DNA from: an uncultured Nitrospinota bacterium
GTDB taxonomy: Bacteria; Tectomicrobia; Entotheonellia; J063; CAVPRW01
Assembly (NCBI GenBank): GCA_963707985.1
Contig: CAVPRW010000022.1
Coordinates: 130,752-194,751 of the forward strand
DNA length: 64,000 nucleotides
Direction of reading: 5' to 3'
Part shown: in pieces, positions 53,481 through 61,783 of the stretch
Position numbering within the stretch: position 1 is the stretch's first letter
How the letters are laid out: each line of letters begins with the position of its first letter
Translations under genes and position numbers: made by a program
Notes under the pieces: generated by a model
The model's database searches: none
Seen by the model: the letters and a program-made list of their open reading frames with translations, nothing else
Told to the model about the DNA's origin: nothing

Positions 53481-54873
53481 CTTACAAGGGGAGGTTTTTT
53501 GAAAATCAGGTGATATGACTTCCCTCCTTACGGCATACTGTGGGGTATGCAATGACCCACAACCGCAAGGAGGGAAGCCATGTTTTGCCAGGCCGGTTTC
53601 GACCAATGGCTGACGACTATCATGCAGCATCTGTCCCATTTGAGCAAGCCCCAGGCCACCGTGTTGGCCCTGTGGAGCTTCGGGATGGTGCTGGCCCGCT
53701 CGTGTGCCCTGACCGCGGTCAGTCACCTGCTGGCCACGGGGATGCAGCGCAAGGAGCAGACGGTGCGCCAGCAGCTGCGTGAATGGTATTACGATGTCCC
53801 CGCGCAAGCGGGGCACCAAGCGCCAAGCGCTGCGCGTCGAGACCTGCTTTGCGCCCCTGCTGGGCTGGGTGGTGAGCGGGTGGCAGGGCACCCAACTGGC
53901 GCTGGCCATCGATGCCACGACCTTGGGGCAACGCTTTGTGGTGCTGGCCGTCAGCGTGGTGTATCGCGGCTGTGCCATCCCCGTGGCCTGGGTGATCCTG
54001 CCCGCGGGCGCCAAACACGCCTGGCGGCGGGAGTGGCTGCGGCTGTTGCGGCGGCTGCGCCCAGCGATTCCCCAGGGCTGGACGGTGATCGTGTTGGCCG
54101 ATCGGGGCTTGTATGCGCCCTGGCTGTTTCGGCGCATCACGCGCCTGGGCTGGCATCCGTTTTTGCGGATCAACACGGGGGGCAGCTTTCGGCCCGCCGG
54201 GGCGACCTGCTGGCGGCCCTTGATGACCTTGGTCCCACGGCCCGGGCACGAGTTGGCGTGGCACGGGCCTCGCCTTTACGCGCAACCAGGTCCCCTGCAC
54301 CTTGCTGGCCCGCTGGGAGGACGGCTACAAGGACCCGTGGCTGATCCTGACCGATCTGCCACCGGAGGCCAGTGATGCGGGCTGGTATGGCCTGCGCGCC
54401 TGGATTGAACAGGGCTTTAAGATCACCAAGCGGGCCGGGTGGCAATGGCACCGCACGCGGATGCGCGACCCGGACCGGGCGGCGCGCCTGTGGCTGGCGG
54501 TAGCCGTGGCGACGTTGTGGCTGCTCAGCGTCGGCGGGGCCGCAGACGAGACGATTCCCGCCAGCACGCTGCTTGACGTGACGGGGTTGTGTCCAGAGCG
54601 CCCACGGTCACGGCGGGCGACCCGCCTGCGGCTGGTGAGCGTGTTTCGCCAGGGGTGGGTGGCCCTGTTGGTGGCCTTGCTGCGTCAGGAGCCGTTGCCG
54701 CAGGGCGCTTTGTCCCGGAACCCTGGCCTGCGGTGCCATCGTGGGAGGACGAAGCTCGCGAGCCGCAGCAGGCCATGCCGAAGGCCGCCTGAGGGGCCGG
54801 GGGAGAGCCGTTGTGACCTCTGAGATAAAAGTATATGTATATCAATACCTTATGAAAAACCTCCCCCTTAGAG
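53481..54873 (+). mobile_element. IS4 family element, frameshifted transposase
   Basis: IRs CT...AAGGGGAGGTTTTT; 11-bp TSD ACCTCCCACCT; IDAT, ADRG, Y..R.WIEQGFK..K. Confidence 0.85.
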
Positions 54874-54911
54874 ACCTCCCACCTCCCGTTTCCCGCCTCC
54901 CATCTTCCACT

Positions 54912-55655
54912 TTAATACTTACTCAGCAACGATCCGAACCCGTACAACTTGTCGGTAAACCCATTCGCCCGGTAGCCGTGCCACAGCGTCGCCGTGTTGA
55001 TAGCAACGACAGGTTTGCCGAGCCAGCCTTCCGCATCAGCCGCCAGGCGTATCATTGAGAGGTTCGTGCCGCACTGCACGATCGCGTCGATATCTGGTCC
55101 GTCCATCTCACGCAACACCGGCCGCAGTTCAGCCGGGGTGATCTGCGCAATCGCTGTGGCGCTGGGACTATGAAGATCTTTGTAACGCACAACCTGGAAA
55201 CCGCATTCTTCAAAGAACTTCACGATCTGCTCGCGCATGATCGGCTGATAGGGTGTAAACACGGTGATGCGTCTTGCCTTCACGGCCTCTAACGCCGCTC
55301 GGCACGCATCGGCTCCCGTCACAATCTTCAGACCAGTGAGCGAGCGTACTCGCTCAACAAAGCGATGGTTCCCCTCGACGCCACCCCAGAACGTCGGCGC
55401 TGACATTCCCATCAGTAAATAGTCGGGCTGGCAGGTCATGACGTCGCGCAGAGCAGTTTCAATCGATTTGTCTACTTGTTGGAGGAGTTGTTCCATTGCT
55501 CTATCTGAATCAAGCGCAGGCTGTCCAATGTAGATACGTCCAGTATGGAACGTAACACCAGGGATACTCATGTCCCAGAAATCTGCTTCTACCACGGTGT
55601 TCGTTGAAGGGATGATCACCCCCATTTTTGCGCGAAAGCCAACAACGTCGGGCAT
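54912..55655 (-). CDS. Maleate cis-trans isomerase / Asp-Glu racemase family protein
   Basis: GVIIPSTNTVVE, TPYQ, QCGTNL, GKPVVAIN. Confidence 0.85.
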   Translation of the reverse strand: MPDVVGFRAKMGVIIPSTNTVVEADFWDMSIPGVTFHTGRIYIGQPALDSDRAMEQLLQQVDKSIETALRDVMTCQPDYLLMGMSAPTFWGGVEGNHRFVERVRSLTGLKIVTGADACRAALEAVKARRITVFTPYQPIMREQIVKFFEECGFQVVRYKDLHSPSATAIAQITPAELRPVLREMDGPDIDAIVQCGTNLSMIRLAADAEGWLGKPVVAINTATLWHGYRANGFTDKLYGFGSLLSKY

Positions 55656-55725
55656 AGAAGCCTCCTTTTCATCAGGAAGTCTTTCCAGATTTTCGTCTAC
55701 GTTTGTGCTTGTAGTCTGGAGACGC

Positions 55726-55809
55726 GTATAGGAAATTCAAACGCTATTTTGCTAATGACCACTGTTGCTGGCGTACCTCCTTTCCACTCCGGTGGAACTC
55801 ATGCCGAAC
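55726..55809 (-). repeat. Shared cassette leader, copy 1
   Basis: 76/84 ungapped identity with 61366-61449. Confidence 0.9.
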
Positions 55810-55865
55810 GCGAAAGCTCAGCGGCGCACGGTTTGTTGCGCGTCCGCTGCAGCGCCTGGTTCGGC
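55803..55865 (-). other. attC site (63 bp)
   Basis: GCCGAAC-CAGGC-GCTGCAGC-...-GCTGAGC-TTTCGC-GTTCGGC. Confidence 0.9.
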
Positions 55866-55933
55866 GGCCTATGCCTTGCACTCAAGACAGCGCCTCCAGG
55901 TCAAAGAGCTCTGCCTGGTACCCATGAAGCTAC

Positions 55934-56185
55934 TCAGCGATAGGCATCGCGCCGATGCTTCACGCGATAGACGGTAATGGTGTGGGTGGCGTCGTCGATG
56001 TCATAGAGAATGCGGTAGACCCCTACACGTAGGCTATAGTCTGTGGTGCCGCGAAGCTTTTTCGCGCCTGGTGGGCGAGGATTCGCTGCCAATCGGTCGA
56101 TGTGCTGGCTGACCAGACGAGCGTCATCCCGGGGTAAGTCGGTGATGTCCTGGATGGCTTGCCGCAAGATGCGAACGCTATACAT
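55934..56185 (-). CDS. RelE/ParE family toxin
   Basis: LAANPRPPGAKKL...LRVGVYRILYDI...VKHRRDAY. Confidence 0.9.
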   Translation of the reverse strand: MYSVRILRQAIQDITDLPRDDARLVSQHIDRLAANPRPPGAKKLRGTTDYSLRVGVYRILYDIDDATHTITVYRVKHRRDAYR

Positions 56186-56399
56186 CTGCCCCCTGAGCCC
56201 GCAACTCAACCTTTGCCTCGTCCCATGGCACGGTTTCCGCTCCAGCTTCGCGAAGCTGGTGAATTTCCTCTGCGTCCTCGAAATCTTCCAATAGTGTCAA
56301 GAGTTCTTCCCAGAGTGAATAATCAACCACCACAGCCTTCTTGTTGCCCTCGGCATCCACGACAAATTGGGCTGCTTGCAATAGTTCATGAATCTTCAT
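56178..56399 (-). CDS. Cognate antitoxin of the RelE toxin
   Basis: QFVVDAEGNKKAVV...LEDFED...VPWDEAK; overlaps the toxin start. Confidence 0.8.
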   Translation of the reverse strand: MKIHELLQAAQFVVDAEGNKKAVVVDYSLWEELLTLLEDFEDAEEIHQLREAGAETVPWDEAKVELRAQGADV

Positions 56400-56401
56400 G
56401 T

Positions 56402-57658
56402 TATAATTGACCCCAAAAACTGGACCACTGGCTAAGGTGGAAAGAAACGGTAACCAATCAAACCAGTGGAGGGTCAGATCGATGTCCAAGCAACGAACCC
56501 GCTACAGTGCCCAATTCAAGTTCCAACTAGCCCTGGAAGCCGCTAAGGGATTGAAGACGCTCAACGAACTGGCCAGCGAGCATGGCGTGCATCCCACTCA
56601 GATCAGTGAGTGGAAGCGCCAGCTACTGGAGGTAGGAAGCATGCTGTTTAGCCGCGATGGCGCCCATCACCAACGCGAACACCAGGAACGGGAGGTAGGA
56701 CTCTACGAGCAAATCGGCCGCCTCAAGATGGAGCTGGAGTGGCTGAAAAAAAAAGCTGCCCGATTCAGTTGAGGCCAAACGGGTGATGATCGAACGCGGC
56801 TTTGTGCCCATCAGTATACGCCGGCAATGTGAGCTGATCGGATTGAACCGCTCCACGCTCTATCATGTGCCAGCGACGGCATCCGTCTTCAACCTCCAGC
56901 TGATGCGTCTCATTGACGAGCAGTACACGAAGACGCCATTTTACGGCTGGCCGCGGATGACGGCTCATCTGCGACGGCTTGGCTTGCCGGTCAACCACAA
57001 ACGGGTCCAACGGTTGATGCGGACCATGGGCTTGCAGGCCATTTATCCCAAGCCGCGGACGAGTGCGGGGGCCCGAGACCACCAGATCTACCCGTATCTG
57101 CTCGGCGCGGTGGTGGTGAGCCACCCGAACCAGGTCTGGAGTGCGGATATCACGTATGTGCGCATGGCCAAAGGTTTTATGTATCTGGTGGCGATCATCG
57201 ATTGGTGGAGCCGCTATGTGCTGTCCTGGCAGCTGTCCAATACGTTGGATTCCCCCTTCTGCCTGGCTGCCCTGGACCGAGCCCTGGGGCACGGATGTCC
57301 CGAGATTTTTAATACCGACCAAGGGGTCCAATTTACCGGCCTTGCCTTTACCAGCCGCATAGCGCAGGCGGGGATTGCGATCAGTATGGATGGCCGGGGG
57401 CGCGCGCTGGACAATATCTTTGTCGAACGGTTATGGCGGACGGTCAAGTATGAGGACATTTACCTCAAAGACTATGCGACCGTCCCAGCCCTTGAAGCGG
57501 GCCTCGAACGCTACTTCACGTTTTACAACCAGGAACGCCCTCATCAAAGCTTGGCCTATCGTACGCCAGAGGAGGTTCATAGAGAACAGTAAGGTTGTGA
57601 AGCAAACAATCCACCTTATTTTTGCCCGTTCATGGTCTTGACAATGGGGTCAACTATA
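56402..57658 (+). mobile_element. IS3 family element, apparently intact (orfA 56482-56772, orfB to 57592)
   Basis: IRs TATA(A/G)TTGACCCC; TSD TGT; A9G slippery site; WSADITY, NTDQG, ERLWRTVKYE. Confidence 0.93.
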
Positions 57659-57757
57659 TGTCAACCTCCCCATCGTTGCCTTGGCCTGCCACCAGATAGC
57701 GGGGGCTGAGGATAATACCCATATGATACCACCTCGAGGACACTTCCTGCGACCCTA

Positions 57758-57867
57758 GCAATCCGCCGCCGCTCAGCGGCGGGGGCAGAGCTGCCACCGA
57801 CCTACGACCGGACCATCGAGCTGCAAAGCACCGCGGGCCCCCCGGCCGCTGCAGTGGCTGGTTCGGC
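57758..57867 (-). other. attC site with degenerate R' (110 bp)
   Basis: Directly after a TGA stop: GCCGAAC-CAGCC-ACTGCAGC-...-GCTGAGC-GGCGGC-GGATTGC. Confidence 0.72.
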
Positions 57868-58227
57868 TCAGGGTCGCTCCGTAGCGCGCCAGGTGCTCTG
57901 CGCGACATCCCGCATGACGACCAGCAAACCAGGCCAGTCCCTTTCGGCAAACTGTGTCACCGCCAGCATGATGCGTTGGTGAATTCTGTGCCGATTCGGC
58001 CGGCGAAGTCGGATGACGAGGATTCCATAATGCCGTGCGGTGCGATATTGTGTGAATCCTCGGTCGGTGGTAATCAACAGGCGCTCTTCACGCTGTGCCC
58101 TCATCCACAGCGCGTCATCTTGCATCCCCTCATCGGGGGTGCCGCGAATATCACGTACGTCATGGCTCAACAAACGAAGTGCCTGTACCGTCATTAACGG
58201 GATATGCTCATCAACCAGGATCTTCAT
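57868..58227 (-). CDS. DUF5615 PIN-like toxin
   Basis: MKILVDEHIP, DDALW..A.RE.RLLITTDRGF, GILVIRL. Confidence 0.88.
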   Translation of the reverse strand: MKILVDEHIPLMTVQALRLLSHDVRDIRGTPDEGMQDDALWMRAQREERLLITTDRGFTQYRTARHYGILVIRLRRPNRHRIHQRIMLAVTQFAERDWPGLLVVMRDVAQSTWRATERP

Positions 58228-58460
58228 GCTTCGCCCGACAAGGCTTCAAGCGGCGTCACCTGCTCTTCTGCCAGTGAGGCGGCATAGTCGAGGCAGGCAA
58301 GGATATCCGCTCGTGTCAGTGAAGAATATTCTTGGAGCAGGTCCTCCATGGTATCCCCATGAGCCAGCATGCGGAGGATGAGATGCACCGGCATACGAGT
58401 CCCCCTAATGCAGGCTTGCCCGTGACACACTTTTGGGTTAATGGTAATCCGTTCACCCAT
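58224..58460 (-). CDS. DUF433 antitoxin
   Basis: RITINPKVCHGQACIRGTR.PV...LT..DI.ACL.YA. Confidence 0.9.
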   Translation of the reverse strand: MGERITINPKVCHGQACIRGTRMPVHLILRMLAHGDTMEDLLQEYSSLTRADILACLDYAASLAEEQVTPLEALSGEA

Positions 58461-58591
58461 ATACTCGTCTCCTGATTTCTGGCTCCTAGCGGTAGTGCGG
58501 AGCCTCACGTCGCATAGGCGGCTTGGGTAAGCTCCCTTGGGTCCGTCTGCCAGCCCCATTACCCTCGTCGCCTCGGACAGTCCGGAAATGT

Positions 58592-59347
58592 CTATTTGGT
58601 CTTTTTTCCTCGTGCCTCAACAATGCGGAGGAGGTGGTTGGCCAACATGATCATCTCTACCGCATCTTCTGCAGAAAGAGGCACGTCTCCATGACTATGA
58701 GGATTCTTATAGGATCCTATCGCACCTGCAAATAAGCTTGCCAGCGCGTCTCGCTCCCCTTCATCAGGATTCGTTTGATGCCTTAAAGGACCCTGAGTCG
58801 GGTGAAAAGCCCGGCGCCTGAGTGGGACGCCATGAGCTGTTGGTTCGAAGCCACCAGCCTGACGGACAGCAATCTCGACCTCCCTGAATGCTAAAAAAAC
58901 TGCGGGATCGTACTCGCCACGCAGGAAGGCAGGCCAAATTTTCTGGGCAATCGAGGGATGGAGTAAGTCTTTGGGTAACAGGTTGGCTTTGCGGTGGGCT
59001 TCGAGAGCAGCGGCCTTTCGCAGACGACGCCCTCGCCTGGTAATGAAAAACTGATCTCTATTGGCGTCTGGTTTTGGAGCAAGAATATTCTCATGTTCCA
59101 GCCAAAACCAGGCTTCCATGAGGGCCTCGATAATCTCTTTCCGCTGCTCCGACGTAAGGCTTTGGTAATTCGGGGGACAATCCTGGAGGATATAAAATGG
59201 GGAGGCAAAACTGTTACGATTCAACCAACGTGTACGTTCTTGGTACGACAGTGCATTGAGATACTCAAGAATATATCCGGCTAGCTCCTCAGGTTCGAGC
59301 GCAAGCAAATTTTCGGAATCTGGAACATAGTGCAATAGATTTTCCAT
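58592..59347 (-). CDS. TIGR02391 (Ymh) family protein
   Basis: LLHP.I, AV..AFREVE..VR, LFAGAIGSYKNPHSH, DAVEMIMLA. Confidence 0.82.
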   Translation of the reverse strand: MENLLHYVPDSENLLALEPEELAGYILEYLNALSYQERTRWLNRNSFASPFYILQDCPPNYQSLTSEQRKEIIEALMEAWFWLEHENILAPKPDANRDQFFITRRGRRLRKAAALEAHRKANLLPKDLLHPSIAQKIWPAFLRGEYDPAVFLAFREVEIAVRQAGGFEPTAHGVPLRRRAFHPTQGPLRHQTNPDEGERDALASLFAGAIGSYKNPHSHGDVPLSAEDAVEMIMLANHLLRIVEARGKKTK

Positions 59348-59375
59348 ATCTACCTCTTTGATGTCCCATTTTCCA

Positions 59376-60125
59376 TTATTCTTGGAATTTCTTCTTGATC
59401 TCCTCGGCCCCGAGGTATCGCAACTCCAGATTTGCCTTCTGTTGGGCCACCTCAGCTACAGTATGTGCGTGCAAAAGCAGTTTGGCCCAACTGCCCTTCC
59501 GCCGGAACGCGGTAATATCTATACACTGATAATCGCTGCCCCATTCGGTGTAGTTGATTGCGCTACTAATGCCGAATACCTCTCCCTCGCTCTCGAAGAG
59601 GGAGAGATCAGCGTTTGTCCCACCCTCTATCCCTCTCCACTCACGATGGTTTACGGTGTAACGCTCTCCTTCCCACGAGAAGCTAACGGCACGCGTTCTA
59701 CCCGTTTCCGATTCCGCTAGGTCACTGACACCGAGCTTGTTCCACTCGGAGAGATCGGTACGTCTACTCCAGGCAGGGTAGTTCTTTACTTCTTCCCAAA
59801 GGCAGACCAATGCTTGATCTAGTTGGTTTGCACGAGCGAAAGTAGAGAGTTTGGCCTTGAGGTGCAGGTCGTTTTCGAAGCGACTCTCGAGATCACGCTC
59901 GTAATCTGTAACCTCCCGTTTGACCTTACCCAATACCTTATGGCGTGCCTCGGCAATCTCATCGAGAAACGGATCGGCCTGCGCTTGCTCGTTCACTCCC
60001 AAGTCAGTCTGGGTTGGGGAGACTCTTGATTCACTGTGCATGCTCGCAGCGCGCTTTCTTCTGGCGAGGTCCCAGCAGATGACGATCAACGCGATTAAGA
60101 GCAGCCAAATGTATTCTTTACTCAT
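59376..60125 (-). CDS. Hypothetical membrane-anchored cassette protein
   Basis: N-terminal TM helix; starts 35 bp after attC R'; lower GC. Confidence 0.75.
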   Translation of the reverse strand: MSKEYIWLLLIALIVICWDLARRKRAASMHSESRVSPTQTDLGVNEQAQADPFLDEIAEARHKVLGKVKREVTDYERDLESRFENDLHLKAKLSTFARANQLDQALVCLWEEVKNYPAWSRRTDLSEWNKLGVSDLAESETGRTRAVSFSWEGERYTVNHREWRGIEGGTNADLSLFESEGEVFGISSAINYTEWGSDYQCIDITAFRRKGSWAKLLLHAHTVAEVAQQKANLELRYLGAEEIKKKFQE

Positions 60126-60160
60126 GTACCATCCTCACTCGTGCACCGTCCTCCCAACAA

Positions 60161-60248
60161 GCCGAACGCTGCGGCTCAGGCGCGGCAGACAGCGGGAGCG
60201 AGGCACGAGCGGACGCTGTTTGCCGTCGCCTGCAGCCGGTTGTTCGGC
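60161..60248 (-). other. attC site (88 bp)
   Basis: GCCGAAC-AACCG-GCTGCAGG-...-CCTGAGC-CGCAGC-GTTCGGC. Confidence 0.92.
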
Positions 60249-60295
60249 AAGGCCCTTGCGTCATGTGAGCCTGCCCCCGGTGTGCCCTACAATGC

Positions 60296-60380
60296 CTACT
60301 TGATGACCTCGTCCGCCAGGATCAGGAGAGATGGTGGCATCGTGATCTCGAGTGCCTGGGCGGTCGTGAGGGTGTTATGG
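60296..60380 (-). pseudogene. C-terminal scrap of an ABC_sub_bind protein
   Basis: NTLTTAQALEITMPPSLLILADEVIK resembles the C-terminus of 24099. Confidence 0.6.
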
Positions 60381-60387
60381 CCCCGCG

Positions 60388-61341
60388 TCAGAAAATGGCG
60401 AGCGGATTCACTGGGGATCCTGTCACGTTCCGCAGCCGCAACGGCGCGATGGTCAATAAAAACTCCCAGCGTTGGCGAGCCGCACAGGCTTGCGCCAGCT
60501 CTTCCAGATTGCAGTTGTCGATCAACCATAACCCCATGGCCACGATGCCGACCACGTGCACCGGCAGGGGCAGATTCGGATAGCCACTGGGAGTCAGGTC
60601 ATTATGGGTGTCCGAACCCAGCATGGCGATGCCGCGCTGGTGAAACCACGGGAGACAGGCGGCCTGGGGGCCTGGCGAGCCGTTGTGCAGCGGGTTGACG
60701 GGACCCTGCTCATCGCGCCGACGCACATAGCCGGTGCGAATAAGCAAAATGTCTCCCGGCTCGACCCGGACCCCGCAGGCCTGTTCCGCGGCTTCCAGAT
60801 CGTCAGGCAGGATAGGCTCGCCGAGTTCGAGCCAGTCTTTGCCTTTGACGCGGGCGATGTCGAGCAGGACGCCGCGCGTGATGACGCCATCGTGCAGCAG
60901 ATCCACCGATTCCACCTGGGCGCCCTCGCTGGAGGTCACCAGATAGGCCGGGCGGCCGTTGTAGATTTTACCCTGCCAGAAGACATGCGCCAGGCTATCG
61001 ACATGGGTAATGGTGGTGCCGTGGAACACCATGCCAATGAACTCCGAGGCCACCGCAGGCCGCGGACGTGCGCTCTCCGCCGAGCTGGGATCTCGGCCCT
61101 CGCCACTATCAACCATAAAACGCATGACTTGAAAGGTGGTGTCCGCGGTTATCGCCGTGGTCACAGGCCGCGCACAGGTCACGGCCATCCCTTCACGCAC
61201 CCGCCCAAAGGCGCGCAAACGTTTCGCGGGGGTAATGAGATTCAGTGTCCCCAGCTCGTCCTGCTCTCCCCAACGTCCCCAATTGCTGTACGTTTCCATG
61301 TATTTGAGGACATCGGCCTCGGTGGGAAGTGTGGCTGTCAT
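60388..61341 (-). CDS. Cyclase family (kynurenine-formamidase-like) metal-dependent hydrolase
   Basis: NWGRWG.QDELGTLN, HG..ITHVDSLAH, RGVLLD, PGDILLIRTG, TGSPVNP. Confidence 0.88.
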   Translation of the reverse strand: MTATLPTEADVLKYMETYSNWGRWGEQDELGTLNLITPAKRLRAFGRVREGMAVTCARPVTTAITADTTFQVMRFMVDSGEGRDPSSAESARPRPAVASEFIGMVFHGTTITHVDSLAHVFWQGKIYNGRPAYLVTSSEGAQVESVDLLHDGVITRGVLLDIARVKGKDWLELGEPILPDDLEAAEQACGVRVEPGDILLIRTGYVRRRDEQGPVNPLHNGSPGPQAACLPWFHQRGIAMLGSDTHNDLTPSGYPNLPLPVHVVGIVAMGLWLIDNCNLEELAQACAARQRWEFLLTIAPLRLRNVTGSPVNPLAIF

Positions 61342-61365
61342 AGCTCCTCCAGCGTGCGTCAAGGT

Positions 61366-61449
61366 GTATAGGCAATGCAAACGCTCTGTTGCTCACGACC
61401 ATTGTTGCTGGCGTACCTCCTTTCCACTCCGGTGGAACTCATGCCGAAT
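61366..61449 (-). repeat. Shared cassette leader, copy 2
   Basis: 76/84 ungapped identity with 55726-55809. Confidence 0.9.
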
Positions 61450-61502
61450 GCGCGAGTTGAGCAGTGCCCCGCAGGGGCATCTGTTCGAACTCCTGGTTCT
61501 CC
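61443..61502 (-). other. attC site (60 bp; R' ATTCGGC)
   Basis: GGAGAAC-CAGGA-GTTCGAAC-AGATGCCCCTGCGGGGCACT-GCTCAAC-TCGCGC-ATTCGGC. Confidence 0.82.
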
Positions 61503-61574
61503 CCGGAGCGGAGCGGAGGGGAAACCAGGAGTTCGCTGCTCAACTCGCGCATTCCCCCCGGAGCGCAGCGGAGG

Positions 61575-61663
61575 GGAGAACGCCAGCCTTCAGCTGCTGC
61601 CGGAAGCGGGAGCGAGGCAGCGAGCGGACGCTGTAGGCAGTCAGCTGCAGCCGATGGTTGAAC
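61575..61663 (-). other. attC site (89 bp)
   Basis: GTTCAAC-CATCG-GCTGCAGC-...-GCTGAAG-GCTGGC-GTTCTCC. Confidence 0.85.
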
Positions 61664-61783
61664 TAAGCGCTGCGCGCAGTTGGGCACGGCCCATCCCTGC
61701 GTGAAGCCTCATCATTCTGTCGCGAGTCCAGTCGACCTATACTTCCGGTGCGAACCATCACCCAAGCCCTAGGAGGTATAGCC

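Larger units (their letters stand above)
45415..61663 (-). mobile_element. Integron gene-cassette array without IntI in the window (CALIN-like)
   Basis: Eight co-oriented attC sites; all non-IS genes on the minus strand; three toxin-antitoxin pairs. Confidence 0.88.

Noticed and set aside
51895..53502. 535-aa plus-strand ORF
   Set aside because: Antisense shadow of the HpaB-like gene in high-GC DNA; the same applies to most long overlapping ORFs in the track.
58461..58591. attC between the TIGR02391 and DUF433 genes
   Set aside because: No R''/R' pair with correct L-box spacing found.
45786..61663. Repeats as a CRISPR array
   Set aside because: Spacing is gene-sized and irregular, the units are imperfect palindromes with attC geometry, and there are no cas genes.
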